From Synechococcus sp. (GTDB lineage: Bacteria; Cyanobacteriota; Cyanobacteriia; PCC-6307; Cyanobiaceae): a DNA stretch of 64,000 bases. The stretch is from assembly GCA_047285805.1 (NCBI GenBank), contig JBJBCN010000003.1, forward strand, positions 64,001 through 128,000. Reading direction: 5' to 3'. The notes beneath the pieces are model-generated. The model did not search any database and was not told the DNA's origin. It worked only from the letters and a program-made list of their open reading frames with translations. Positions 21,232-32,358 of this stretch are shown in pieces. Each line of letters starts with the position of its first letter. Position 1 is the first letter of the stretch. The translations under genes were made by a program, and so were the position numbers.

Positions 21232-22431
21232 TCAGTAATCGACGCCGCGCTTGAGGTGCACACCCCGCTCGGCGTAGTGCTTGTGGCAAACCATCTCGGA
21301 GTGGACGCTGGCCAAATCGAAGTAGGCCGGTGGGTGCTTACAGCGTCCGGTCAGGATCACTTCGGTTTCGGCCGGCTTGCGCAGCAGGGTCTGCACGATC
21401 GGCTCGACCGGAATCAGCTCGAGATCCACGGTGGGGTTGATCTCATCGAGGATCACCGTTTTGTAGAGGCCGCTGGAGATCGCCGCACGGGCAATCTCCC
21501 AAGCCCGCTCCGCTTCGACGTAATCAATCGGCTGCTGCTGGCCGCGCCAGACGATGGCATCGCGGCCGGAGCGCAGGTGATCCACCAGATGCGGGTAGCT
21601 CTCGCGCAGGGCCGCAATAGCCGCGTCCTCCGTGTAGCCGTTGCCCCCCTTCAGCCACTGCAGGATCAAAACCCGATGGCTCTTGTCCTGGGAGATGCCG
21701 CGGCCAATGGCCTGGAGGGCCTTGCCCAGGGCACTGGTGGATTTGCCTTTGCCTTCACCGGTGTAGACCTCGACTCCCTCGAGGCCCGCTAAAACGGGCT
21801 CACCGGTTTGCTCCTCGAGCTCCGGGGTGTCGGGGCGGCGGTGGGCGCGCATCTCAGAATGGAGATCAGCGATCTGTACCAGCGGGCGCGGAGCGCCGCG
21901 GCCGGTGACTATCACCTCCATGCCCGCGGGCTTCGCGGAGAGTGTCCGGACCACCTCCTCGGCATCCAGCAGGCCGAGGTCGAGCACGGGGTTGAGCTCA
22001 TCGAGCACCACCACCGAATAGAGCTCGCTGGCAATCGCCCCTTTAGCAATGGTCCAGCCCCGCTGGGCTTCCTGGACGTCAACGCGGGTGACCTCATCGA
22101 CGCCGAAAAATTCGCCGCGGCCGGTGCGTACCTGATCGATCAGGTGGGGGAAACCCTGCTGCAGGGCTTCGATCGCGGCATCTTCGTCGTAGGCGCGGCC
22201 GGGTCCCTTTAAAAAGCGCAGCAGCAGGACGCGGGTTTGCTTCTGCTCGCAGATCCCCAGGCCAATCGTGCGCAGGACGACACCCAAGGCCGCCTGACTT
22301 TTGCCCTTGCCTTCGCCGTCATAGACGTGCACTTGGCCGCGGCTGCGCTCGCTTCCGTCGGCGGCGGTCCGGATCCCAATGCCACGACCGGTGCTGCGGG
22401 TAGAGCTGGCAGAGGTTGCCTGCGGAGCCAT
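21232..22431 (-). CDS. cobO: Cob(I)yrinic acid a,c-diamide adenosyltransferase, tandem two-domain form
   Basis: Two P-loops (YDGEGKGKS, YTGEGKGKS), two LDE(L/I)NP motifs, C-terminal KRGVDY. Confidence 0.88.
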   Translation of the reverse strand: MAPQATSASSTRSTGRGIGIRTAADGSERSRGQVHVYDGEGKGKSQAALGVVLRTIGLGICEQKQTRVLLLRFLKGPGRAYDEDAAIEALQQGFPHLIDQVRTGRGEFFGVDEVTRVDVQEAQRGWTIAKGAIASELYSVVVLDELNPVLDLGLLDAEEVVRTLSAKPAGMEVIVTGRGAPRPLVQIADLHSEMRAHRRPDTPELEEQTGEPVLAGLEGVEVYTGEGKGKSTSALGKALQAIGRGISQDKSHRVLILQWLKGGNGYTEDAAIAALRESYPHLVDHLRSGRDAIVWRGQQQPIDYVEAERAWEIARAAISSGLYKTVILDEINPTVDLELIPVEPIVQTLLRKPAETEVILTGRCKHPPAYFDLASVHSEMVCHKHYAERGVHLKRGVDY

Positions 22432-22469
22432 CGACACGCCTCTTACCGTTGGATCCTAACGAGAGTGAT

Positions 22470-23327
22470 TTGAAGCCAGGGCACCCGATCGTGGAACGAC
22501 TGGAGCCTCCGTTGGCGGAGGCCCTTGAGGCCCTGCGGCAGCACATCGGATCCCTACCGGCGGCCATCGTGGCCTACTCCGGCGGAGTCGACAGCGCCTT
22601 GGTGGCCGCCATTGCAGCTGAACAATTAGGGGATCGGGCCCTGGCGGTCACAGGCATCTCACCGGCCCTGGCCCTCCATCTGCGCGCAGAAGCCCAGCAG
22701 CAGGCGGCCTGGATGGGGATCGCGCAGCAGGAGCTGCCCACCGCTGAACTGAACGATCCGGCTTACAGCAGCAACCCCGACAACCGCTGTTACGCCTGCA
22801 AGCGCGAACTCCACAGCGTGATCGCAGAGCTGGTGGGGCAACTCAGCGAACCCTGGCGCTCCGCCACCGTCCTCGATGGCGTCAACCGCGATGACCTCGG
22901 CGACCATCGCCCCGGCATCGACGCCGCCCGGGAACGGGGGGTCTGCTCACCACTCGCCGAACTCCAGATCGACAAGGCGGGGGTGCGCGCTCTCTCGCGG
23001 GCCCTGGGCTTCCCCTGGTGGGACAAGCCAGCCCAGCCCTGCCTGGCCTCGCGCTTTCCCTACGGCGAGGGCATCAACGCAGAGCGACTCCAGCGGGTCG
23101 GCGCCGCCGAGACCTGGCTGCGGCAACGGGGATTTCAGGAGCTGCGGGTGCGCAGCCAAGGGGAAACAGCACGCATCGAGGTGCCCCCTTCATCCCTGCA
23201 ACGCCTGGTGGAAGAACCCACCCGCAGCGCCGTTGTCGAAGCCCTGCTGGCCCTGGGCTTCAGCGCTGTCAGCCTTGATCTCGAGGGCTTGGTGAGCGGA
23301 AAGCTCAACCGGGCCCTCAAGCGCTGA
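22470..23327 (+). CDS. larE: ATP-dependent sulfur transferase LarE (PP-loop)
   Basis: AYSGGVDS, RCYACK, DDLGDHRPG, PCLASRFPYG; start uncertain. Confidence 0.88.
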   Translation: MKPGHPIVERLEPPLAEALEALRQHIGSLPAAIVAYSGGVDSALVAAIAAEQLGDRALAVTGISPALALHLRAEAQQQAAWMGIAQQELPTAELNDPAYSSNPDNRCYACKRELHSVIAELVGQLSEPWRSATVLDGVNRDDLGDHRPGIDAARERGVCSPLAELQIDKAGVRALSRALGFPWWDKPAQPCLASRFPYGEGINAERLQRVGAAETWLRQRGFQELRVRSQGETARIEVPPSSLQRLVEEPTRSAVVEALLALGFSAVSLDLEGLVSGKLNRALKR

Positions 23328-23586
23328 GCAACTGATCGATCAGCTCCGCCTTGCGCAGGCGGCTGACGCCGGAGAGCCCGCGGGCGCGGGCGAGCCGCTG
23401 CAATTGCACCACGGTTTGCCCCTCCAACTCCCCCCGGGGAGACGGGGGACGATGGGCCCGGACCGGCTCCCCGGAAGCGGCGATGGCCTGATCGGCAGCC
23501 GCGGGGACCCGGGAGGCCAGGTCCAGTAGCGCCAAGCTGCCGCAGGTGAGCAGGGCCGCCTCAACCGCAAACGTGATCTCCTGCAT
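23317..23586 (-). CDS. Small protein with C-terminal Rho-N (HeH)-like domain
   Basis: LEGQTVVQLQRLARARGLSGVSRLRKAELIDQL resembles the Rho N-terminal motif; hydrophobic N-terminus. Confidence 0.6.
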   Translation of the reverse strand: MQEITFAVEAALLTCGSLALLDLASRVPAAADQAIAASGEPVRAHRPPSPRGELEGQTVVQLQRLARARGLSGVSRLRKAELIDQLLSA

Positions 23587-23654
23587 GGGGGAGAGCTCAA
23601 GATTGGCGGAATTACAGCCAATCCAACCAGGGCGCGCCACCAACGCCTTGGCAC

Positions 23655-23681
23655 AAAAAAGCCCTCCGCGATGGGAGGGCT
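23655..23681 (-). terminator. Rho-independent terminator after speD
   Basis: AGCCCTCC...GGAGGGCT hairpin with an A6 run on the plus strand. Confidence 0.75.
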
Positions 23682-23697
23682 GAAGATCCTGAGGCAA

Positions 23698-24177
23698 TCA
23701 GGCCGCGACCAGGTCCGGTTCGCGCTCGATATCGGCCACGGCGGCAGGCGTTTCGCGGCGGAAGCTCTTTAGCTTGTAGTTGCCGGCGTTGAGCTCTTCG
23801 CTGAGCACGATGCAGGCCCGCTCGGGCATGGTGTGGTCACCGCAGGTGAACACGTCCACGGCGGCGTAGCCGGATTCCGGCCACGTGTGGATGGAGATAT
23901 GGGATTCGGCCAGAAGGGCCAGCCCCGTCACACCCTGGGGTTGGAAGTGGTGGGTGATCAGATTGAGCAGGGTCGCGCCAGCACGCTTCGCAGCGGTGGT
24001 GAGGGCGTTCCTGATGAAAGCTTCGTCGTCGAGCTTGTCAGCGTCGCAGTTGTATAGCTCGAGAATGCAGTGTTTACCCACCATGTCGGTGGCGCTGGGT
24101 GCTTGGGGGCTAGCGGAGAGGGTCTCAGCTCCAGTCCATCCCGGGTTGGGGTGGAGACAGGCTGCTTGGCTCATCAA
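23698..24177 (-). CDS. speD: S-adenosylmethionine decarboxylase proenzyme
   Basis: [13 protein letters not shown] self-cleavage motif, VDVFTCG. Confidence 0.92.
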   Translation of the reverse strand: MMSQAACLHPNPGWTGAETLSASPQAPSATDMVGKHCILELYNCDADKLDDEAFIRNALTTAAKRAGATLLNLITHHFQPQGVTGLALLAESHISIHTWPESGYAAVDVFTCGDHTMPERACIVLSEELNAGNYKLKSFRRETPAAVADIEREPDLVAA

Positions 24178-24200
24178 CGTGAGGCAAAGAGTTCAAGACT

Positions 24201-25379
24201 TTACTGGCCAGAGAGCACCGCTCCGGCCTCGACGGTGACCACCTGAGAACCCTGATGCCATCCGCCCTTGAAGGCTCCCAGGTGGGTAGCACTGACCAGG
24301 CACTGATGGCCTTCGCCCACCGCCTCCAGTAGGAGCTGCTGCCGGCCAGGATCCAGCTCCGCTAGCACGTCATCGAGCAGCAGCAAGGGTGGCTCACCCC
24401 AGAGTTGATGCACCAACTCAAGCTCGGCCATCTTCAGCGCCAGCACCAAGGTGCGCTGCTGTCCAGCTGATCCATAGCGCCGGGCGGGCTGCCCCCCTAG
24501 CTCCATCGCCACCTCATCGCGATTCGGACCGACGCTGCACTGCCCCAGACGCAACTCCTGGGGACGCTGCTGAAGCAACTGCTCAGCCAAGGCGTCCCGC
24601 CACGGTGCCTCCGCCTCCTCCCCCTCCAACTGACTGCCCGGGCAATAGCGCAGGCCCAGTAGCTCCCGTCCATCGCTGAGGCGGTGCTGCCAGGCCTGGG
24701 CCAGGGGTTCTAGGCGCCGCAGTGCCCGCAGCCGACGGCGGTGCAAGCGTGTACCAATCAGGGCCATCTGCTGATCGAATGCATCCAGCAGCCCCTCGAG
24801 TTGGGCCTGGGGGAAGCCCCGACGCAGAAGTTGGGAGCGCTGACGCAGCAGCCGGCCATAGCGGCTGAGCAGCTCGGCATAGACCGGCTCGAGTTGCAGC
24901 ACAACCCGATCGAGCCACTGCCGACGCAGGGCCGGCTCGCCGCGCACCAACTCCAGGTCCAGAGAGCTGAAGCCCACGCAGCGCAAGGGGCCAATCAACT
25001 CATGCTGACGCTCCAGCACCTTGCCGTTGCGGCGGGCCTGCCGTCCCCCTTGGCGGCGCAGTTCCAGCTCCAAGCGATCACCGCCGGTGCAATCAGCGGC
25101 GATCAAGCCCTGACGCTCCCCCTGGCGAATCAGATCCCGGTCGCTGCTGCAGCGATGGGAGCGAAGACTGCCCAGCAGCTCCACCGCCTCCAACAGGTTG
25201 GATTTGCCCTCACCGTTGCGCCCAATCACCAGCAACCGCGGAGCCTCCAGGGTCAGACTCAGCGCTCCGTAATTACGGAACTGACGCAGCTCCAGGCGAT
25301 GCAGCCGAATGGGTCTCTGGGGCCGTCTGACCAGTAAGGTAAGGCGGTGACGGTAGTCTGCTGCCTGCAAACGCCTCAT
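24201..25379 (-). CDS. recF: DNA replication/repair protein RecF
   Basis: [36 protein letters not shown]; start uncertain. Confidence 0.93.
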   Translation of the reverse strand: MRRLQAADYRHRLTLLVRRPQRPIRLHRLELRQFRNYGALSLTLEAPRLLVIGRNGEGKSNLLEAVELLGSLRSHRCSSDRDLIRQGERQGLIAADCTGGDRLELELRRQGGRQARRNGKVLERQHELIGPLRCVGFSSLDLELVRGEPALRRQWLDRVVLQLEPVYAELLSRYGRLLRQRSQLLRRGFPQAQLEGLLDAFDQQMALIGTRLHRRRLRALRRLEPLAQAWQHRLSDGRELLGLRYCPGSQLEGEEAEAPWRDALAEQLLQQRPQELRLGQCSVGPNRDEVAMELGGQPARRYGSAGQQRTLVLALKMAELELVHQLWGEPPLLLLDDVLAELDPGRQQLLLEAVGEGHQCLVSATHLGAFKGGWHQGSQVVTVEAGAVLSGQ

Positions 25380-25408
25380 CTGAGCAACTGAACTTGCTCA
25401 GGCCCCAG

Positions 25409-25482
25409 GGGCATGTAGCTCAGTTGGATAGAGCATCAGATTCCGGTTCTGAGGGTCGGGGGTTCGAGTCCCTCCATGCTCG
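25409..25482 (+). tRNA. tRNA-Arg (anticodon CCG)
   Basis: Acceptor GGGCATG/CATGCTC, anticodon arm TCAGA-TTCCGGT-TCTGA, T-loop GGTTCGAGTCC. Confidence 0.97.
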
Positions 25483-25511
25483 TGATCAGGTACAGGACCC
25501 GTCACTTAATC

Positions 25512-25534
25512 ACCCCGCTGCGGCGGGGTTTTTT
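25512..25534 (+). terminator. Rho-independent terminator after tRNA-Arg
   Basis: ACCCCGC-TGCG-GCGGGGT then a T run. Confidence 0.8.
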
Positions 25535-25540
25535 GTTGCC

Positions 25541-26008
25541 TTACAGGCGCAGACCCATGGCACGAATACCGCCCGGGTCCACAACGAATCCGTTTTGCTT
25601 GAGCGCGTCGAGGGCCACGCTCGGGGCCGCCACCGAAATGCTGCAACCGGGCAATTCCCGGCGTAGGCGTCCCATGGCGGCATGAACGATCACCTCCAAC
25701 ACCTGGGCCTGGGCTGGATCAGCCGGGTCCGCTGAGAGATCCCAAAGGTTGGCGTTCAAGGCGAGGTCACTGGTGGCCCGCACAAACCCCACGAGAACAC
25801 CATTTGGATCGCGCACGCTGAACTGCCAGTTGCTGCGGGCCAAGGCTTGCTCGAGCCGCTCCTCCAAACGCTGGGGGTCGCCGCACTGCACGAGCAGTCG
25901 GTTGAGCTCAGCCCCGCTGGGGGAGTGCAGGCCATCGAGGCTGTAGCCCTCCGGCAAGGCCGGAGGCTGGGGCTGCGAGCGGAACGGAACCAGAAGCGAG
26001 TCGAGCAC
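25541..26008 (-). CDS. GNAT-family N-acetyltransferase
   Basis: LVGFVRATSDLALNANLWDL, GFVVDPGGIRAMGL. Confidence 0.75.
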   Translation of the reverse strand: MLDSLLVPFRSQPQPPALPEGYSLDGLHSPSGAELNRLLVQCGDPQRLEERLEQALARSNWQFSVRDPNGVLVGFVRATSDLALNANLWDLSADPADPAQAQVLEVIVHAAMGRLRRELPGCSISVAAPSVALDALKQNGFVVDPGGIRAMGLRL

Positions 26009-26020
26009 GGCAGCGGTGCC

Positions 26021-29000
26021 TCAACCGGTGTTGCGCATGCCAGCGGCAATGCCGTTGATGGTCAGCAGGGCCCCGCGCAGCAGTTCACTGCGGCTGTAGG
26101 TCCGGCCGTCGCCGCGGGCAACGTCTTCACTCATGGGTGGCTGGCGGTTCTGGTCCCGCAGGCGACGCAGCAGGGCGACCTGCAGGAAGCCCAGCGGGAT
26201 GATCGTGCGGTTGCGCAGCTCCACCGAGAGCTGCAGGGCCGGGTCACCATCCAGCAGGCGCTGGTGGCCGGTGATGGCCAGCACCAGGTCCCGGGTGAGC
26301 ACGAACTCGCGGGCAATCACCGCAAAGATCTCTTCAAAGGCCTCACGGGATTCCGTACGTCCCAGGGACTGGACGTAGTGGTGGGCTAGATCCAGGTCCA
26401 CCTTGGAGAGGGTCATCTCCACCTTAGAGATCAGCATTCGGAAGAAGGGCCAGCGCTGATAGAGCTGCTGGAACAACTCCATCTGGCCCGGGTCCTCGCT
26501 GAGCTCCTCCTGCAGGGCAGTGCCCACCCCGAACCAACTGGGGAGCAGGAAGCGGCTCTGCGTCCAGCCAAACACCCAGGGAATCGCCCGCAGGCTGGAG
26601 AGATCCTTGGCGCCGCTCTTGCGGCGGGCCGGGCGGCTGGAGATCTGCAATTTGCTGATCTCTTCAATCGGCGTGCACTGCTGGAAGAAACCGACCAGGT
26701 CGGGGTTCTCGTGCACCAATGAGCGGTAGTGGGTGCGGGAGCGCGCCGCTAAACGCACCATCAGTTCGTTCCAGTCCGGGGTGTCATCCACATGGCTGGT
26801 GAGAAGGCTGTTTTGGATCACCGCGGTAGTGACCGTCTCCAGGTTGTAAAGCGCTAACTCCGGCAGGGAGTACTTGGAGGCCAAGACTTCCCCTTGCTCG
26901 GTGATCTTGATGCGGCCGTTCAGGGTGCCGCTGGGTTGGGCCAAGATCGCCTGATAGGCTGGGCCGCCGCCCCGTCCTACGGAACCACCGCGGCCGTGGA
27001 AGAGGCGCAAGCAGACGTCATGGCGGCTGGCCAGCTGCTGCAGGGCGATTTGAGCCTGGTGGATCTCCCAGTTGCTCGAGAGGAAGCCGGAGTCTTTGTT
27101 GCTATCGGAGTAACCGAGCATCAACTCCTGGAGCGGCCGGCCGTTTGGGCTGGAGCTGGACAGGAGCTGGCGGTAGAAGTCCTCACTGAACAGCCGCTCC
27201 ATCACAGCCGGGGCGGCCTTGAGATCCTCCACCGTCTCGAACAGGGGGATCACCAAGAGATCGGAGCGCTGGGCGGTGGGATCCACCAGGCCGGCCTCCT
27301 TGGCCAGTAGCAGCACCTCCAACAGATCCGACACTGTGTGACTCATCGAGATCACGTAGGTGCGGCAGATGCGGGACCCGAATTCCTGCTGCAGTCGTTT
27401 GACGACGCGGAGTACGTCGAAGGTTTCCGTCGTCAGGGGACTCCAACTGACGGCCGCCGGGATCAGCGGACGGCGGGTCTGCAGCTCAGAGATCAACCAA
27501 CTGATCCGCTGCGCCTCATCCATCTCCCCGTAGGGGGTCGGCATTTGCAGATAGCGGGTCAGCTCATCGAGGGCATCGCTGTGGCGGGTGCTCTCTTGGC
27601 GAATGTCGAGGCTGGCCAGGCAGAACGCGAAGGTGTGAACCTGGGCGATCAGGTTTTCCAGCGGCTCACAGCTCAGACCGGTGCCCTGGAGGCTCTCGTT
27701 GATCAGCTCGAGATCGGTGCGGAACTCGTCAACGGTCCCGTAGTGCATCTCCGGAGCCGGGGGAGCCGGCATAGCGCCCTGGTTCCCGAAATCCGGCTGA
27801 GCCGTGCGTGGTTCATGGGGGGCATCCCACCCGGCAGCCGCCTGCTGCTCGTTGCGAGCCAACGTGAGCCGCAGCCGCTCAATGACGTAGCTGATCTTGA
27901 GGCGATAGGGTTCAAGCCGGTAGCGGGCCGCACGCTCTTCGTAGACCTCGGGGAAGCGGAGGCGATCCATCTCGAGGGATTCGAGTAGCGGAGCGCTGAC
28001 CTGACTCCACTGCATCGAAATGCTCAGCTGATCGCGGAGGTCTTCCACCGCGGCCAGGTAGCGATCCAGCATCAGCTGCCGCTGATAGGAGGCCGTCCGC
28101 CAAGTGATGTCTGGAGTGACCGAGGGGTTGCCGTCGCGGTCGGATCCCACCCAGGAGCCAAACGTGCAGAAGGCGTCGCTCGGGGGCAGGACATCGGGGT
28201 AGTTGGAGCCCAGGGCCGTGCGAATCCGCTGGCGCAGCTGAGGCATCGCCTCAAACAGCACCTGCTGGAAGTAGTGCAGGGCGTAATCCACCTCATCGAG
28301 GACCGACGGCTTGAACTGGTGCAGTTCGTCCGTGCGCCACCAGAGGCGGATTTCTTCCTCGAGTTGCTGGCGCAGGTTGTCGCGCTCCTCCGGTTGCAGC
28401 AGCTGAATCTTCTGCAGCTGCTGAATCAGGGAGGCCACCCGCCGCTGTTTGTGGCGGACTGTGTGGCGAACGATCTCCGTGGGGTGGGCCGTGAACACCA
28501 GACGGATGTCGAGCTCCTGCAGGAGCTGCTCTATTTGAGCCGGTGGCACCCCGAGGCCGCGCAGGCGGGTGAACAGTTCGCGGAAGGTCGCGGGTGCGGT
28601 CTGGCTCGCCAGGGGCGGCACAAAGGGATCGCTGAGCTCTTCGGTGTGGTGAGCCCGCAGGCTGGCGAGATAGCTGTCTTCCTCGATGTGCTGCTCGAGG
28701 ATGTTGACCAGCTGGAAATAGAGGGAGAAGGAGCGGGCAGCGGCAATCGCCTCCGAGAGATCCATATCTCTGATCAGCTGGACGATCCCCTCGGTCGCCG
28801 CCTCAGACGCCTGATCAGGCGCCCCGCCGTCGATGCGGTTGCTCAGTTCTTTCATCCGCAGCAAGCGCTCCGCCTGGGGGGCGGGACATTCACTGCGCAG
28901 CACCGTCTGCCACAGGTCTTCAACCAGCTCCAATCGATCGCCCAACAGGCGCGTGACCCGAGGCTCAGCCGCAGGAGCAGAGGCTTCAGTTGCGGCGAGG

Positions 29001-29047
29001 GTGGGCCCCATAGAGGCGGTTTCGGCAGCGGTCCGGTCCATGATCAT
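26021..29047 (-). CDS. ppc: Phosphoenolpyruvate carboxylase
   Basis: [41 protein letters not shown]-terminal MRNTG. Confidence 0.98.
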   Translation of the reverse strand: MIMDRTAAETASMGPTLAATEASAPAAEPRVTRLLGDRLELVEDLWQTVLRSECPAPQAERLLRMKELSNRIDGGAPDQASEAATEGIVQLIRDMDLSEAIAAARSFSLYFQLVNILEQHIEEDSYLASLRAHHTEELSDPFVPPLASQTAPATFRELFTRLRGLGVPPAQIEQLLQELDIRLVFTAHPTEIVRHTVRHKQRRVASLIQQLQKIQLLQPEERDNLRQQLEEEIRLWWRTDELHQFKPSVLDEVDYALHYFQQVLFEAMPQLRQRIRTALGSNYPDVLPPSDAFCTFGSWVGSDRDGNPSVTPDITWRTASYQRQLMLDRYLAAVEDLRDQLSISMQWSQVSAPLLESLEMDRLRFPEVYEERAARYRLEPYRLKISYVIERLRLTLARNEQQAAAGWDAPHEPRTAQPDFGNQGAMPAPPAPEMHYGTVDEFRTDLELINESLQGTGLSCEPLENLIAQVHTFAFCLASLDIRQESTRHSDALDELTRYLQMPTPYGEMDEAQRISWLISELQTRRPLIPAAVSWSPLTTETFDVLRVVKRLQQEFGSRICRTYVISMSHTVSDLLEVLLLAKEAGLVDPTAQRSDLLVIPLFETVEDLKAAPAVMERLFSEDFYRQLLSSSSPNGRPLQELMLGYSDSNKDSGFLSSNWEIHQAQIALQQLASRHDVCLRLFHGRGGSVGRGGGPAYQAILAQPSGTLNGRIKITEQGEVLASKYSLPELALYNLETVTTAVIQNSLLTSHVDDTPDWNELMVRLAARSRTHYRSLVHENPDLVGFFQQCTPIEEISKLQISSRPARRKSGAKDLSSLRAIPWVFGWTQSRFLLPSWFGVGTALQEELSEDPGQMELFQQLYQRWPFFRMLISKVEMTLSKVDLDLAHHYVQSLGRTESREAFEEIFAVIAREFVLTRDLVLAITGHQRLLDGDPALQLSVELRNRTIIPLGFLQVALLRRLRDQNRQPPMSEDVARGDGRTYSRSELLRGALLTINGIAAGMRNTG

Positions 29048-30201
29048 CCCAAAGCGCCTGTTTGGTGGCTAGTGCTGAGGGCACCAAGACGGCCTTCCAG
29101 CTGCTCCAGATCCGCCGCGGCTGCAGCAATCAGCTCCGCCACGGACGCACCCTGGGCATGGGCCGCGAGCCATTGCATCGCCTGATTGCCCTGGGCCAGG
29201 ACCGGCTGCAGCGGCGATAGCACGTCCACGAGCTCCAGCTCACGGGCCAGGGGCTGCATGGCCTCCAGCTCTGCCGCAATCCAATCGCGGGCGGTCATCG
29301 GCGCACCATCGCGCCAATGGCGTACTTCAGCCCACAGACTGCTGCGGGCCGCGGCCTGGTCGTTGGCATCCGCCAACGCTGCCAAGGCCTCGGGATCCAA
29401 GCGACTCGCCAAGAGTGGATCCAGCGCGGAGGGATCTCGCAGGAGCTGGTGAATGCGCAGCTCTACAAAGGCCGTCAGGGCCAGCAGTAACTGAGGATCC
29501 GCCACCAGGTCACAAATGCGAATCTCCAAGCGGTTCAGGTCATGTGGGCGACGCTCACCATTGGGGCGCACCGACGTCCAGAGGTGACGCACGTTTTGCA
29601 TCGTGCCCAGCTCTAGCTGCTCCTCCACCCACTGGATGTAGTGCCCGTGGTTCAGGAATATGGGCACCTGCTCTGGGGTGAGCGGGAATTGGAGCCAACG
29701 CTGGGAATGGGCACCAGTGACTTGCCCATCCACAAAGGGAGAACAGGCGCTCAGTGCCAGGAGCAAGGCCGCCTCGCAGCGCACCAGGCGACAGGCGGCA
29801 AACAGCTGATCCGGATCCGTGAGCCCCAAATTGATGTGCACACTCGCCGTGACGACCCGGGTGCCGTAGGTGGACTCGATATAGGCGTGGTATGGGTTCT
29901 CGGGGGTCGAGCGCTCGAAGCGCTGGCTATCCCCAGTGCTCAAGGTGCTGCCCGGCAGCAGAGTGAGGCCGCGCTGGGCCAACCAGGGCCGCAGGCGACG
30001 GCGCGGCTCCAGGAGCAACTCCAACTGAGTGGCGTAGCTGGCCGCTGGCGGGGTGATGTATTCGAGATTGCGGCAATCGGGCTCGGTTACGAAGCCCTTG
30101 AGAGCCGCAGCCACCTCAGCGGAGCAGCCCACCACGGTTCCGTCCGGGCGACCCGTGTAGAGCTCCACCTCAAAGCCCTTGAGCAACAGGGGGGCGCTCA
30201 T
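29044..30201 (-). CDS. gshA: Glutamate-cysteine ligase (cyanobacterial type)
   Basis: [47 protein letters not shown]. Confidence 0.88.
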   Translation of the reverse strand: MSAPLLLKGFEVELYTGRPDGTVVGCSAEVAAALKGFVTEPDCRNLEYITPPAASYATQLELLLEPRRRLRPWLAQRGLTLLPGSTLSTGDSQRFERSTPENPYHAYIESTYGTRVVTASVHINLGLTDPDQLFAACRLVRCEAALLLALSACSPFVDGQVTGAHSQRWLQFPLTPEQVPIFLNHGHYIQWVEEQLELGTMQNVRHLWTSVRPNGERRPHDLNRLEIRICDLVADPQLLLALTAFVELRIHQLLRDPSALDPLLASRLDPEALAALADANDQAAARSSLWAEVRHWRDGAPMTARDWIAAELEAMQPLARELELVDVLSPLQPVLAQGNQAMQWLAAHAQGASVAELIAAAAADLEQLEGRLGALSTSHQTGALG

Positions 30202-31718
30202 GCCAGGCAAGCCAGGGCTTTCAGCATGCCCCGGGCCTTGTTGAGGGTCTCTTCAAACTCCGAGGCCGGAACCGAATCGGCCACCAAGCCCGCACCAGCC
30301 TGGACCTGGACCCGCCAGCGGCGATCCCCATCGGGCAGGACCACCATCGTTCGAATCGTGATTGCCGTGTTCAAGGCACCGCTGAGATCCATCGCGCCAT
30401 AGACCCCCGAGTAAGGGCCCCGGGCATCGGGCTCCAAAGCATTAATCAACTGCATCGCCCGGATCTTCGGTGCGCCACTGACGGTGCCCGCCGGGAACGA
30501 CGCCATCAACAGGTCCCAGACATCCCGTTCTGGATCGAGCAGACCCTCCACCTCACTGACGATGTGCATCACGTGGGAGTAGCGCTCAATTACCATTAGT
30601 TCGCTGACGCTGACGCTGCCCGGAACGCAGACGCGGCCGAGGTCATTGCGACCGAGGTCGACCAGCATCACGTGCTCGGCCCGCTCCTTCGGGTCCGCCA
30701 ACAGGTCCTTCTCCAGGGCTAGATCTTCCGCCTCGTTGCTGCCGCGGGGCCGGGTGCCAGCAATCGGCCGCAGAGAGGCCTTGACCCGGCCGCTGCCATC
30801 AGCCATGGGCTCGGCCTTGACCATCACCTCGGGGCTCGAGCCAATCAAGTACCAGCCTCCAAAGTTGAAGAAGGCCATGTACGGAGAGGGATTGACCATC
30901 CGCAGGCTCCGGTAGAGCTCAAACGGCTCCCGCTCGACGGGCGTCTCGAGGCGTTGGCTAATCACCAACTGGAAGACATCACCAGCGGCGATGTGTTCCT
31001 TGGCCGTCAGCACAGCCGCTTCAAACTCATCCCGGCTGCGGTTGCTGGTGGTGGGGAGATCTACCGCCGCGTCATCTCGCCAGTCCAGGGGGGTGACCCC
31101 GGCGGGCAGGGGTTGATGCATGCGCTGCTCCAGCGCATCCAATCGAGCAACCGCCGCGTCAAAGGCGGCGGTTGCATCGGGCTCGTCCTGGAGATTGACG
31201 TAGGCCACCGCCGTCAGCTGACGTTTGACCTGATCGAAGGCCAAGAGGCTATCTGCGAGCATCCAGCAGCCGTCCGGAGGCCCGTCTGGATCGGTCGGGT
31301 TAATTGGAACACTGGGCTCAATCCAGCGGATCAGCTCGTAGCCCCAGAAACCAAACAGTTGGCCCGAGGGGGGGAGACCGGGCACCGGGGGAGCGTCGTA
31401 GGCCGCCAGGGTGTCCCGCAGCAGATCAAAGGGATTGCCACTGAGGGCGCTGCTGCGCCCATCACGCCAACGCTGCTCCGCCCATCCATCGCGCACGCTA
31501 AGGGTCCAGAGCGGGTCGCTTACCACAAAACTCCAGCGGCCAATCCGCTCGCCGCCTTCCACCGACTCGAGCAGAACGCCATGGTCGCTGCCAGCTCCCA
31601 CCTTGAGCCAGGTGGTCAGGGGCGTCTCGAGATCCGCCGGCCAGGTGCGCCAGATCGGGATGTAATTGCTGCCCGCCTTGGCCTGGGCCAGAACAGTCGC
31701 GCGGTCAGGGGAGGGCAT
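30198..31718 (-). CDS. trpE: Anthranilate synthase component I
   Basis: LLESVEGGE, NPSPYM, GSSPE, KERAEHVMLVDLGRND, PAGTVSGAPKIRAM. Confidence 0.95.
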   Translation of the reverse strand: MPSPDRATVLAQAKAGSNYIPIWRTWPADLETPLTTWLKVGAGSDHGVLLESVEGGERIGRWSFVVSDPLWTLSVRDGWAEQRWRDGRSSALSGNPFDLLRDTLAAYDAPPVPGLPPSGQLFGFWGYELIRWIEPSVPINPTDPDGPPDGCWMLADSLLAFDQVKRQLTAVAYVNLQDEPDATAAFDAAVARLDALEQRMHQPLPAGVTPLDWRDDAAVDLPTTSNRSRDEFEAAVLTAKEHIAAGDVFQLVISQRLETPVEREPFELYRSLRMVNPSPYMAFFNFGGWYLIGSSPEVMVKAEPMADGSGRVKASLRPIAGTRPRGSNEAEDLALEKDLLADPKERAEHVMLVDLGRNDLGRVCVPGSVSVSELMVIERYSHVMHIVSEVEGLLDPERDVWDLLMASFPAGTVSGAPKIRAMQLINALEPDARGPYSGVYGAMDLSGALNTAITIRTMVVLPDGDRRWRVQVQAGAGLVADSVPASEFEETLNKARGMLKALACLA

Positions 31719-31738
31719 CACTACGACGACGGGCAGGC

Positions 31739-31762
31739 AAAAAAAACGGGGCTTTCGCCCCG
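31739..31762 (-). terminator. Rho-independent terminator after psaD
   Basis: CGGGGC-TTTC-GCCCCG with an A8 run on the plus strand. Confidence 0.8.
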
Positions 31763-31816
31763 CCTTTATAGAGGTTCAAGCACCGCCCGATGAACAGGAG
31801 CAGTGCAGGTCCTGAA

Positions 31817-32239
31817 TCAGGAATCGAAGGTGTTCTTGCCGGTGAACTTGATGCTGGCGGGGTTGCCGTTCTGGCCGATGCGGCGAGCGTTGTGACCCAC
31901 TATCTGACGACCGTCGTTAACCTTTTCAGGGAATACACCGTCTTTGGGGTGCAGAAACTCGGTGTCGCCACCGGGGAAGATCCGGTAAATCTTGTAGTCC
32001 TCGATCCGAGGCTTGAACTTGGTTCGCAGCTGAGTGCCGAGGGCCAGGCACTGCTCCTTGCGAGCGAAGTACATGAGGTTCGCGCCCTCATTCATGTGAG
32101 CAGCACCACCGGTGGGCAGCTCAAAGACCTGCTCTTTGGCGCTGGTCCAGGTGATGGCGTACTTCTCTTCGGTCTCAGCGGCGTTGAGCAGACCGCCCGT
32201 GCTGCCGATGTACTTCGGGAGTTGACCGCTCAATGTCAT
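31817..32239 (-). CDS. psaD: Photosystem I subunit II
   Basis: [41 protein letters not shown]. Confidence 0.98.
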   Translation of the reverse strand: MTLSGQLPKYIGSTGGLLNAAETEEKYAITWTSAKEQVFELPTGGAAHMNEGANLMYFARKEQCLALGTQLRTKFKPRIEDYKIYRIFPGGDTEFLHPKDGVFPEKVNDGRQIVGHNARRIGQNGNPASIKFTGKNTFDS

Positions 32240-32358
32240 GGCTGTTCCGGATGGGGTGTCGGCAGACCGCAGACCGTTTCAAGCGCAAGCTAGCACCGTG
32301 TTTTGGGGGTAACTGGTGCTGCCGCTCCTCTCTTCACACCAGTCAACATTGGCCCCGA

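Noticed and set aside
21232..22431. Internally duplicated CobO
   Set aside because: The two-domain form is usual in cyanobacteria
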